DNA of 36,015 nt from an uncultured Eubacteriales bacterium. GTDB taxonomy: Bacteria > Bacillota > Clostridia > TANB77 > CAG-508. Made by a program: the position numbers and the translations under genes. The first letter of the stretch is position 1. The number at the start of each line of letters is the position of its first letter. Below are positions 24,448-35,319 of the stretch, one piece after another. Below the pieces are notes generated by a model. The model worked only from the letters and a program-made list of their open reading frames with translations. It did no database searches and had not been told where the DNA came from. The stretch spans positions 1-36,015 of the forward strand of contig CABTXJ010000001.1 in the NCBI GenBank assembly GCA_902488785.1. Direction: 5' to 3'.

Positions 24448-25281
24448 TTATCTTTTAATTTTATACGATGCTATTACTTTGTTTAAAGTTTCTATCATTT
24501 TTTCTATATTTCCTTCATAGAAACATCTAACTTCTGGAATCATGACTTGATCTACAGTTTCTTCTATATTTTTTCCAAATTTCTTTTGAAAAGTTTTATC
24601 CTGTGTGTTTATTTCTAATTCATTTAATATATTAAGTAAATATAGCAACCCCGGTTTATCTGCTTCAACATTTAAATCTATTTTTTCATTATCATATTCA
24701 GTAATAAGTTTAATTAATAAATTATACAACTTTTCCCTATTTGACTTTTTCATTTCCTCAATATATTCAAAACTTCTAGGTGTTTTAGTGATTTGCAAAA
24801 CCGTATCATTTTTTTGATCTTTGCAAAGTTTCATTCCTGATTTTTGTGCTAATTTATTCATTTCAGAGTCTTCAACAGTTCTTAAATATACATTTTGATA
24901 TCCCTTTTCTTTCATTTTATTCAAAGCAAAATATAATAATTCTGTTTGAATTCCTCTTCTTCTATAGCTTGGCAAAGTCATTGAATCTGAAATATATGCC
25001 ATTTTAGAAGTATCTTTTATATCTATTGGGTGCTCAGTTTCTTTTGAACCTTTCCAAGATAATAAAGAAACTGGATAACTCTTACCTTTTTCATATTCTA
25101 CTTTTGCCACATACGCTCCGCCTTGATTAAATTCATTATAATATTCTAAAATATCATCTAAACTTAGTAATTCATAAAAAGGCTTTGTTGCAAACCATTC
25201 TTGCATTACTAGCCAATTCATTTTATCCGCCTTTTCAATAATTAGATTTCTTCCTGAGATCTTCTTTACATTTTTTTCCAT
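24448..25281 (-). CDS. GNAT-family N-acetyltransferase with an extra C-terminal helical domain
   Basis: The acetyl-CoA motif is LPSYRRRGIQTELLYFALNKMKEKGY. The C-terminal ~110 aa are unassigned. Confidence 0.65.
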   Translation of the reverse strand: MEKNVKKISGRNLIIEKADKMNWLVMQEWFATKPFYELLSLDDILEYYNEFNQGGAYVAKVEYEKGKSYPVSLLSWKGSKETEHPIDIKDTSKMAYISDSMTLPSYRRRGIQTELLYFALNKMKEKGYQNVYLRTVEDSEMNKLAQKSGMKLCKDQKNDTVLQITKTPRSFEYIEEMKKSNREKLYNLLIKLITEYDNEKIDLNVEADKPGLLYLLNILNELEINTQDKTFQKKFGKNIEETVDQVMIPEVRCFYEGNIEKMIETLNKVIASYKIKR

Positions 25282-25567
25282 ATTTCCTCCCTTCTCTATA
25301 AAAAATTATCTATAGAGTTATAAAATGTAGTGCATTTTTAATTATGCATATTTATATTATAACATACTTTTTTAAATTTACATAAAGTTTTTTGGATTTT
25401 TTTTAATTTTCCTTATTAATCAACTATATTTTAGGTATTTTTTATTATTTTTTTCTTAAATTAAAAATCAACCTAAATATGTAAACTAAATACATATTTA
25501 AATTGATTCTTTTAATATTTTTCATATATTAATCTAATACTTTCAGTAATATACAATTTATCTTAAT

Positions 25568-27496
<1,929 letters not shown>

Positions 27497-27505
27497 TTAT
27501 TCTCC

Positions 27506-28615
27506 TTATTCTATTATTTTTCCTTCTTCTATCTTATATAATTTTTCACTTACATCTTCTACTTTTATTAAATCAGTTGTTGTAATAATTATTTGTATAT
27601 TTTCAAAATTAGAAATTATATTATTTACCCTTGTATTGTCTAATTCTGAAACAAAATCATCTAAAAGCAATATTGGCAAAGCTCCTGTAACTTCTTTAAT
27701 TACTGAAAGCTCAGCAAGTTTTAAACTTAATACCGATGATTTTTGTTGACCTTGTGATCCATATTTGCTTGCATCTAACGAATTTATTGTTATTATAATA
27801 TCATCTCTATGTATTCCATATTCAGTATATCCTTTTTTGACATCATTTTCTATATTGTTTTCAAATAACTTTTTAAATTCATTTTTATTTTTAACTTTTG
27901 ACTTATATTTAAGTTCTATTTTTTCTTTAACATTATTTGTTTCACTAATTTTTTTATGTATTTCTACTATATATTTATTTAATAGATCAATATATTCTTT
28001 TCTGTAATCATATATCTTATAATTACAATCTAATATTTGATTTTCATATACTTCAATTAGCTTTTTTTGTTCTTCTGTCATTTTGACATTTTTATTATTA
28101 GAAAAATATATTTTTTTAAGTAATATATTTCTTTCTTCTATTAACTTATTATATCTATTTAAATATTCTAAATATAGTGGCCTTATAGAAGAGATTAACA
28201 TATCAATAAAACGTCTTCTAACACTTGGTCCTTCTTTAATTATTGATATATCGTCTGGTTTAAAAAGAACTATATTTAATTTACCGATAAGTGATGAAAG
28301 CTTTTTTTGATTAACACCATTTATCTTTATATATTTTTTATTTTTATTATTATCATAAGATATAATTATTTTTTGTTTTCTATTATTTTTTTCAAATTCT
28401 AATTCTATAAAGAAAAAGTCTTCTCCAAATTTTAAAATATCTGCATCCCTATTTGTTCTAAAAGATTTTCCATATGAAAACATATAGATAGCTTCTAATA
28501 TATTTGTCTTTCCTTGTGCATTATTACCATATATTATATTTATATTTTTATCAAATTCTATTTTCATATTTGGAATATTTCTAAAATTTGTTAATTTCAA
28601 ATTGGAAATATGCAT
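27506..28615 (-). CDS. recF: DNA replication and repair protein RecF
   Basis: It has Walker A GNNAQGKTNILEAI, the signature SQGQQKS and Walker B ILLLDDFVSELD. Confidence 0.95.
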   Translation of the reverse strand: MHISNLKLTNFRNIPNMKIEFDKNINIIYGNNAQGKTNILEAIYMFSYGKSFRTNRDADILKFGEDFFFIELEFEKNNRKQKIIISYDNNKNKKYIKINGVNQKKLSSLIGKLNIVLFKPDDISIIKEGPSVRRRFIDMLISSIRPLYLEYLNRYNKLIEERNILLKKIYFSNNKNVKMTEEQKKLIEVYENQILDCNYKIYDYRKEYIDLLNKYIVEIHKKISETNNVKEKIELKYKSKVKNKNEFKKLFENNIENDVKKGYTEYGIHRDDIIITINSLDASKYGSQGQQKSSVLSLKLAELSVIKEVTGALPILLLDDFVSELDNTRVNNIISNFENIQIIITTTDLIKVEDVSEKLYKIEEGKIIE

Positions 28616-28634
28616 ACATTTTAGCTCCTTAAAA

Positions 28635-29747
28635 TTATTCTCTAGTCTTAATTGGTAATATTATATAATTATATGAATTATCATTTTCAATAGGTCTTAT
28701 AATTGTAGGTGTTTTAGATGTTCCAAAATCAATATATATTTCTTCATCATCTATATTTTTAAGTACATCTAAGAAAAACTTAGGATTAAATTTTAACGCA
28801 ATTTCTTGCCCTTCTGTTTCAACATTTAATTCTTCTTTTGCTGTTCCGATAACTGACATACATGAAATTATCATTTTTCCTATTTCTAACTTAATATCTA
28901 CTGGTTCTTTCTTTTCTTTTGCTAAACTAGATGATGAAATCAACATAACTCTTTCGAAAGAATTTTGAAGTAAGTTTCTATTAATTCTAATTCTAGTTTC
29001 AGTTGGTGATTTAATTACTTCTTTATAATTTAAATAATCACCTTCTAATAATTTAGTTGTTATTTTACAATCTTCTAATATGAATATTCCTTGATTTTTA
29101 GAAAATCCTATTGTTACTTCATTAAATGAATCTTCTAAAATTTTTGAAACTTCATTTAATGTTCTTCCAGGTATTACCATTTTAAAAGTATCATTTGACG
29201 AAACATTCATGCTTCTAATTGCAAGTCTAAATCCGTCAACTGCTACAACATTTAATGAATCTTTATCCACATCAAATAGACAACCTGTGTATAACTTTCT
29301 TTTTTCATCAGTTCCTACTGCAAAAATTGTTTGTTTAATCAAGTTCTTTAAATTTTTTTGATCTAATTTAATTGTATTTTCTATATCAACTTTTGGAATT
29401 TCAGGAAAATCTTCTGGTTTCATAGTTGCAAGTTTAAAATTAGAACCTTCGCAATTAATAGTAAGTAAATTATTTTCATTAATAAAAATTTCAATTTCAC
29501 TATCAGGTAGTTTTCTAATAATTTCTGCAAATGTTTGAGCTTGAACTACAGTTGAACCTTCTTTTATTACGTCTGCATTTATTTTATATTCTATTCCTAA
29601 TTCTTCATTATATGTATTAAATATAACATTATTATCTTTAGTATTTATTAAGATACCTTCTAATATTGTATCTCTTTTTATGGCTACACCATTTATAACT
29701 GAATTAATAGCTTTAAGAAGTGTAGATTTATCACATTTAAAATTCAT
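28635..29747 (-). CDS. dnaN: DNA polymerase III beta sliding clamp
   Basis: About 370 aa with the three-domain clamp pattern, between dnaA and recF. Start trimmed to ATG 29747 (MNFKCDKSTLL). Confidence 0.95.
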   Translation of the reverse strand: MNFKCDKSTLLKAINSVINGVAIKRDTILEGILINTKDNNVIFNTYNEELGIEYKINADVIKEGSTVVQAQTFAEIIRKLPDSEIEIFINENNLLTINCEGSNFKLATMKPEDFPEIPKVDIENTIKLDQKNLKNLIKQTIFAVGTDEKRKLYTGCLFDVDKDSLNVVAVDGFRLAIRSMNVSSNDTFKMVIPGRTLNEVSKILEDSFNEVTIGFSKNQGIFILEDCKITTKLLEGDYLNYKEVIKSPTETRIRINRNLLQNSFERVMLISSSSLAKEKKEPVDIKLEIGKMIISCMSVIGTAKEELNVETEGQEIALKFNPKFFLDVLKNIDDEEIYIDFGTSKTPTIIRPIENDNSYNYIILPIKTRE

Positions 29748-30038
29748 AATTAATCCTTTCATAATTTATTATTATTTTAATATATCTTATTTTTTAAATT
29801 ATTATAGTTATACACAATCAATTTTTACTATGTGGATAACTTTTAACTTTTCTTCATTTATATTTATACAATATATACATATATAATTATTAATTTCTTA
29901 TATTATATAGAATAATATTTTTAATTGTAATAGTTATTAATAATTAATATATCACTTAATTAATAAAAAAGAAAATATAAAATTGAAATAAATGAAATGC
30001 ATTTATATATATATATAATGAAATGAAAAATGAATACT

Positions 30039-30056
30039 TAGTAGTAGTAGTAGTAG
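30039..30056. repeat. DnaA-trio array, six tandem 5'-TAG-3' (3'-GAT-5') units
   Basis: TAGTAGTAGTAGTAGTAG is followed by GGGA and then DnaA boxes at 30061-30078. Confidence 0.8.
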
Positions 30057-30060
30057 GGGA

Positions 30061-30212
30061 TGTGGATATAGTGGATAACTACATTTAACTCTAGAGTCTC
30101 TAATAAACTTTATGTGGATAACTCTGTGGATAACTCGACTTACTTATCCACAGTATCCACATAGAAAAAGTTATCCACAATTTTTAGGTAGTTATCCACA
30201 TACTTATCCACA
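30061..30212. promoter_or_regulatory. DnaA-box cluster (6 perfect and 3 one-mismatch 9-mers)
   Basis: Perfect TGTGGATAA at 30113-30121 and 30125-30133. Perfect TTATCCACA at 30144-30152, 30171-30179, 30192-30200 and 30204-30212. One-mismatch boxes at 30061-30069, 30070-30078 and 30153-30161. Confidence 0.9.
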
Positions 30213-30297
30213 TAGTTATGTGTATAACTTTTTGTTTATTTATCAATCTTTTAAGCTGGTTGCAAATAATATTTTTTATGTTAATTTTAATTTTACT

Positions 30298-31647
30298 TTA
30301 TATATCTGCATTTTTAGCATTTAAAAAGTTATCCACACTTTCCACAATTAATTTTGTATTTCTGTTTGTTTGCATTTCATTTATAATTTTTTGCTCTGCG
30401 TGCATAATTGTAGTATGATCTTTTTTCCCAAAATAGTCTCCAATCCTTTTATATGGAAGGCTTAGTTTAGTTCTACAAAAGTACATAGCAATTTGCCTTG
30501 GAAAAGCTATCTCTTTTGATTTTTTAGATGACATTATATCTTTTTTTGGTACATTAAAATAACTTGAAACTACATCTAATATGGTATCTGGTGTTATTAT
30601 ATTTTCATTTTCTAAGGCTATTTCATTTATAGCCTTTTCAGCTACTTCCATACTAATAGAACCTTCAAGCATTGCAATCATTGTTATCTTATTTAATGCA
30701 CCTTCTAAATCACGTATGTTTGTATCTAACTTTTCTGCAATTCTTTGAAGTATTTTATCTGGTACTATTATATTTTTCTCTTCTGCCTTTTGCTTTAATA
30801 TAGCAAGTCTTGTCTCATAATCTGGTGAAGAAATATCAACTATTAATCCTTGGTTAAATCTTGATTTTAATCTTTCTTCAAGTACTGGAATGTCTTTAGG
30901 TGGCTTATCTGCAGAAAGAATAATTCTTTTTCCACTTTGGTGTAATTGGTTGAATGTGTTAAATAATTCTTGTTGTGCAGCTTCCTTTCCTGAAAGAAAT
31001 TGAACATCATCCATTAGTAACACATCAACATTTCTATACTTTTGCCTAAATTCTTCAGTATCTCTTTCTTTGTTTTTTATTGAATTTACAAGTTCTATTA
31101 AAAAGTTTTCAGAAGTTACATATAATACCTTTAAATTAGGTTGTGTTCTATATACCTCATTTGCAATAGCTTGCATTAAGTGTGTTTTACCAAGCCCTGG
31201 TCCACCATAAATAAATATTGGATTTGAAAATACGTTAGATCTTTCTGCAACAGTCTTTGCTGCTGTATATGCTATTTTATTGTTATCACCTACTACAAAT
31301 GTATCAAAAGTGTATGCAGGGTTTATAAGTGGATTTGTATTAGCTTTTTCAATTTGCTTTAGTTGTTCACAATGTTTTCTATATTCAGGAACTTCACTAT
31401 TTGAAATAACCTTAATTTCAACATCTTTACTTGTTATATTTTTGAATATATTAATGAAATCATCCATATAATTGTTGTTTATTATTGTTTTTTGTGAGTC
31501 TTCTGGTGCAACAAGTACTATCTTATTGCCTTCATAAGATTCAATATATAAGTTATCTCCACCAACTGCATTATATGCAAAATCAGTAGAAAATGATCTA
31601 AAAGAATCTTTAAATTTTAAAAGAAGCTCATTACAATTTGCATTCAT
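30298..31647 (-). CDS. dnaA: Chromosomal replication initiator DnaA
   Basis: It has Walker A GGPGLGKTHLMQAI, LLMDDVQFL, and sensor and DNA-binding domain motifs (DHTTIMHA). Start trimmed from 31713 to ATG 31647 (AGGAGG 4 nt upstream, MNANCNELL). Confidence 0.97.
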   Translation of the reverse strand: MNANCNELLLKFKDSFRSFSTDFAYNAVGGDNLYIESYEGNKIVLVAPEDSQKTIINNNYMDDFINIFKNITSKDVEIKVISNSEVPEYRKHCEQLKQIEKANTNPLINPAYTFDTFVVGDNNKIAYTAAKTVAERSNVFSNPIFIYGGPGLGKTHLMQAIANEVYRTQPNLKVLYVTSENFLIELVNSIKNKERDTEEFRQKYRNVDVLLMDDVQFLSGKEAAQQELFNTFNQLHQSGKRIILSADKPPKDIPVLEERLKSRFNQGLIVDISSPDYETRLAILKQKAEEKNIIVPDKILQRIAEKLDTNIRDLEGALNKITMIAMLEGSISMEVAEKAINEIALENENIITPDTILDVVSSYFNVPKKDIMSSKKSKEIAFPRQIAMYFCRTKLSLPYKRIGDYFGKKDHTTIMHAEQKIINEMQTNRNTKLIVESVDNFLNAKNADI

Positions 31648-31716
31648 ATTACCTCCTATTATTATTAAATATGTTATATTCATTATATATAATATAATAT
31701 AAAAATACAACAATAG

Positions 31717-31820
31717 TTATCCACAATAAAACGTAATGGTCTTAGAGTATCTAAGTATTAAAGCAGATATAAAATTGTGGATAACTATGTGGATAACATA
31801 AAAAATATATATGTAGATAA
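31717..31820. promoter_or_regulatory. Upstream DnaA-box cluster (oriC part 2 / dnaA autoregulation)
   Basis: Perfect boxes at 31717-31725 (TTATCCACA), 31776-31784 and 31788-31796 (TGTGGATAA). One-mismatch TGTAGATAA at 31812-31820. Confidence 0.85.
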
Positions 31821-31905
31821 AACAAAATAGCTAATATATAATATAAGTTAAATTAAATAATATATAATTTAATTTATTATGTAAACTTAACAAATAGGAG
31901 GAAAT

Positions 31906-32592
31906 ATGCACAAATTAGTATTAGTAAGACATGGTCAAAGTGAATGGAATAAAGAAAATAGATTTACTGGTTGGACTAATGTTAAATTGTCAGAACAAGG
32001 GATAGAAGAAGCTAAAGAAGCAGGAATAAAATTAAAAGAAAGTGGTTATAATTTCGATAAGGCTTACACATCATATTTGATGAGAGCACAGGATACATTA
32101 AAATATATACTTGAAGAGTTAAATGAAACAGATATAGCAATTACAGAATCATGGAGATTAAATGAAAGGCATTATGGTGCACTTCAAGGATTAAATAAGG
32201 CAGAAACAGCAAAGAAATATGGTGATGAGCAAGTACACATATGGAGAAGAAGTACTGATACTAGACCACCAGCACTTGATGAATCTGATGAAAGATATCC
32301 AGGAAATGATCCTATATATAGTAAATTAAGTAAGGAAGAATTACCTAAAACAGAGAATTTAAATGATACAATAAAAAGAGTTATACCAATATGGGAAGAT
32401 GAAATATATAAGGATATGAAAGATGGTAAGAAAGTAATAGTTGTTGCACATGGAAATAGTTTAAGGGGATTAGTTAAATATATAAAGAATTTAAATGAAG
32501 AAGAAACAATAAATTTAGAAATACCAACAGGAAAACCATTAGTTATTGAACTTGATGATAATTTAAGATATATTAATGATTATTATATATAA
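31906..32592 (+). CDS. gpmA: 2,3-bisphosphoglycerate-dependent phosphoglycerate mutase
   Basis: It has [27 protein letters not shown] and [11 protein letters not shown]. Confidence 0.93.
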   Translation: MHKLVLVRHGQSEWNKENRFTGWTNVKLSEQGIEEAKEAGIKLKESGYNFDKAYTSYLMRAQDTLKYILEELNETDIAITESWRLNERHYGALQGLNKAETAKKYGDEQVHIWRRSTDTRPPALDESDERYPGNDPIYSKLSKEELPKTENLNDTIKRVIPIWEDEIYKDMKDGKKVIVVAHGNSLRGLVKYIKNLNEEETINLEIPTGKPLVIELDDNLRYINDYYI

Positions 32593-32650
32593 TATTATAA
32601 TATAGATACATAATTATATATATAATAGTCAAATAAATAATAGTTAAATA

Positions 32651-32677
32651 AAAAAGCCCAAATTGTGGGCTTTTTTT
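32651..32677 (+). terminator. gpmA rho-independent terminator
   Basis: AAAAAGCCCA-aatt-GTGGGCTTTTTTT. Confidence 0.85.
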
Positions 32678-33420
32678 CATGCTATTAATACATAGTCGAT
32701 GTTCACAATAACTATTCACTGAATAAAAATTGAAATGCTATTACTAAAAAATAAAATGATAGTTATTGAGATTAAAATAAAGAAATAATTGTAATAGTTA
32801 ATATTTAATATTTAAATATTAGCAATTGAAAAGTTTCTCACTATCTCATCTCGTTTTATCTTATCTTGTTTTATTTTAAAATTAACTTTAGCTTTAACTT
32901 TTATTTTATAATTATTTAATTTTATACAATTTTAATATTTTAAAATTATATTATGCGATCATATTATGATTTAAATTATATAATTATATATTAAATATAT
33001 TAGATATAATTGATAGAATTCTTATTATAAAATTAATCTGTTGAATTTTATTTTCTATTGTTATTTACTATATGAAAATTATTTATTGCTTTATTAAGCA
33101 TATAAATATTGTTTTGGTGATTTTATAAAATCTAAGCTAACTTAACTTAACTTAGTACTGTATTTAGATTCAAATTTAGTAAATATTTGCTCATTTTAAA
33201 TTTTAATTTAAGAATTTGTAATAAAATTATATAAGAAAAATAAATTGAAATATTAACGTGAACGCTTTAACCAATGAAAAATAAAAGATTGAAAGTCTGA
33301 AAAATCAAGGATTTTATTATTTATATAAAGTTAAAATATAAATACAAAATTCATAAATAAAATATAATATCATATATTAGTTTACATAATGCATATACTA
33401 TTTATTATTATATTTTAACC

Positions 33421-33449
33421 TTGACAATTATTGCACTTTTAGATATACT
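33421..33449 (+). promoter_or_regulatory. rpmH operon promoter
   Basis: TTGACA (33421-33426), a 17-nt spacer and TATACT (33444-33449). Confidence 0.65.
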
Positions 33450-33491
33450 TATTTAGTATAAATATGCAATATAAATAGAAGGAGGAATCAA

Positions 33492-33626
33492 ATGAAAAGA
33501 ACATTTCAACCTAAAAAAAGACAAAGATCAAAAGAACATGGTTTTAGAAAAAGAATGTCTACTTCAAATGGTAGAAAAGTAATAAAGTCTAGAAGACAAA
33601 AAGGTAGAAAAAGATTATCTGCATAA
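33492..33626 (+). CDS. rpmH: 50S ribosomal protein L34
   Basis: Manual translation gives [50 protein letters not shown] lies upstream. It is below the track cutoff. Confidence 0.97.
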   Translation: MKRTFQPKKRQRSKEHGFRKRMSTSNGRKVIKSRRQKGRKRLSA

Positions 33627-33641
33627 AGATAAAGAGATATT

Positions 33642-33983
33642 ATGAAAAAAAATAAAACAATAAAAAAGAACTACTATATAAGAAGGATTATACATAAAGG
33701 TAAAAAAACTAAAAACGATTTATATTTAGTATCATATTTTAGGAATAAATATGAATGGAATAGAATAGGAATTGCAGTTAGTAAAAAGCTAGGAAATGCT
33801 GTAGTTAGAAATAAACAGAAAAGATTAGTAAGGGAAGCTGTAAGACTTTTAGATAAATATAATAAAAAAGGATATGACGTTATAATTAAAGTTAATAATA
33901 ACTCTAAAAATTTAGATATGGCATATTCAAGATTAAAAGATGCATATAGTAAATTAGGAATATATGAAGAAGATATTAATTAA
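33642..33983 (+). CDS. rnpA: Ribonuclease P protein component
   Basis: A small basic protein directly after rpmH, with the RNR-like motif [13 protein letters not shown]. Confidence 0.9.
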   Translation: MKKNKTIKKNYYIRRIIHKGKKTKNDLYLVSYFRNKYEWNRIGIAVSKKLGNAVVRNKQKRLVREAVRLLDKYNKKGYDVIIKVNNNSKNLDMAYSRLKDAYSKLGIYEEDIN

Positions 33984-34182
33984 AATAATTAAATTTTACC
34001 AAAGAGAAATATCTCCAATTATAAGTCAAAAAGGTACAGCATGTAAATATAGACCGACTTGTTCTCAGTATGCAATAGAAGCAATTGAAAAACATGGATC
34101 TATAAAAGGAATTTTTATGGCTATATGGAGAATAATAAGATGTAATCCTTTTTCAAAGGGTGGTTACGATCCAGTGAAATGA
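33964..34182 (+). CDS. yidD: Membrane protein insertion efficiency factor YidD
   Basis: [10 protein letters not shown]...[19 protein letters not shown]...[14 protein letters not shown]. Confidence 0.93.
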   Translation: MKKILIKIIKFYQREISPIISQKGTACKYRPTCSQYAIEAIEKHGSIKGIFMAIWRIIRCNPFSKGGYDPVK

Positions 34183-34189
34183 GGAAAAT

Positions 34190-35314
34190 ATGGCGTCAAT
34201 TTTTGAATTTTTTGCAAGAGTACTAGGCTATGTACTTAATTGGTTATATCTACTTACAAATAATTATGGATTTGCGATCTTGCTTTTAACAATATTAATC
34301 GCGCTAGTTATGATACCAGTAGATATTAAAAATAGAAAAATAAACAAGCAAAGTGCAAAACTTAGTAAAATACAAAAAGAAATAGAAGAAAAATACAAAG
34401 GAAATAGAGAAAAAATAAATAGTGAAATGATGAAAGAAATGCAAAAGCAAGGAATAAATCCTTTAGCTTCATGTTCAGGATGTTTGATTTCATTATTGCA
34501 ACTATTTATTATGATATCAATTTTTTACTTGGTAGGAAGTCCTCTTACATATGTAAAGAAATTACCAAAAGAAGAAATAAATAAATATTATATAGAAGCT
34601 GTTGAAAAAACATATAGTGAAAAATATGGTGAAAGTATTGATTTAAATAAATTAAAAGAAGAACAATCTAATAATAATGAACAAAAAGATCCTAAAAATG
34701 AAGAAAAACCTGAAGAACAAGAAAAAGGCAAGGATCAAAAAGATGAAATTTCAAACGAAGAAAAGCTAAAAAGAGTTAAAGAAATAGAAAGCAAGTTTGG
34801 AACAAATGGAAGAGAGATGTTTGTTATCCGCAAATTAGATAATGAAAAAGTTAATATGAATTTAGATTTCTTAGGAATTGATTTATCTAAAACACCAAGA
34901 GATACAGTGTCAAATATGAAGGATGCTTTTAGCAAAAATGGAATAAAAGTTTTAATTATACCAATAGGTTATATTATCCTTTCATTTATAAATGTTGGAA
35001 TAATGCAAAAAAGATTAGAAGAACAAACTAAGGAAGCTAAAGAAGAAGTAAATACAGATAATACAATGAAATCTAAATATAAAAGTGATCTTTCAGAAGA
35101 TAGTGAAAAATTAAATCAAGAAGATATGCAAGATATAATGATGTCTAGCAACAAAACAATGAGATATATAATGCCAGTTATGATATTTAGTATAACAATG
35201 ATTACACCAATAGCAATAGCACTATATTGGTTACTAAGCACAGCTTTTGATATGATTAAAAATAAAGTTGTAGATGATGTAATTGAAAAAGAAAATATAG
35301 AAGAAAAGGTGTAA
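34190..35314 (+). CDS. yidC: YidC/Oxa1-family membrane insertase with long charged insertions
   Basis: NYGFAILLLTILI, MQKQGINPLASCSGCL and the C-terminal TM pair, in the conserved rnpA-yidD-yidC-jag order. Confidence 0.88.
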   Translation: MASIFEFFARVLGYVLNWLYLLTNNYGFAILLLTILIALVMIPVDIKNRKINKQSAKLSKIQKEIEEKYKGNREKINSEMMKEMQKQGINPLASCSGCLISLLQLFIMISIFYLVGSPLTYVKKLPKEEINKYYIEAVEKTYSEKYGESIDLNKLKEEQSNNNEQKDPKNEEKPEEQEKGKDQKDEISNEEKLKRVKEIESKFGTNGREMFVIRKLDNEKVNMNLDFLGIDLSKTPRDTVSNMKDAFSKNGIKVLIIPIGYIILSFINVGIMQKRLEEQTKEAKEEVNTDNTMKSKYKSDLSEDSEKLNQEDMQDIMMSSNKTMRYIMPVMIFSITMITPIAIALYWLLSTAFDMIKNKVVDDVIEKENIEEKV

Positions 35315-35319
35315 GTACT

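Larger units (their letters stand above)
29763..30297. other. oriC, dnaA-dnaN part: AT-rich unwinding region, DnaA-trio array, GC cluster and DnaA-box cluster
   Basis: The element order from dnaA to dnaN is boxes, GGGG, (TAG)6 and an AT-rich stretch, which matches the Bacillus subtilis incC layout. Confidence 0.85.

Noticed and set aside
30061-30347. Repeated 9-mers considered as a CRISPR-like array or transposon inverted repeats
   Set aside because: The repeats are 9 nt long, in mixed orientation with irregular spacing, and match the DnaA-box consensus. No cas or transposase genes are present.
30112-30418. Track ORFs 30112..30324 and 30218..30418 (MWITLWIT...YPHRKSYPQ...)
   Set aside because: The peptide repeats are simply translated DnaA boxes (TTATCCACA) inside oriC and are not coding.
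33137-33155. cttaa x3 micro-repeat
   Set aside because: It is too short and too AT-rich to distinguish from chance, so it is mentioned only within the spacer finding.
32680-33420. Possible second origin or DnaA-box region upstream of rpmH
   Set aside because: I found no 9-mer within one mismatch of TTATCCACA/TGTGGATAA there by eye. It is retained only as an unexplained spacer.
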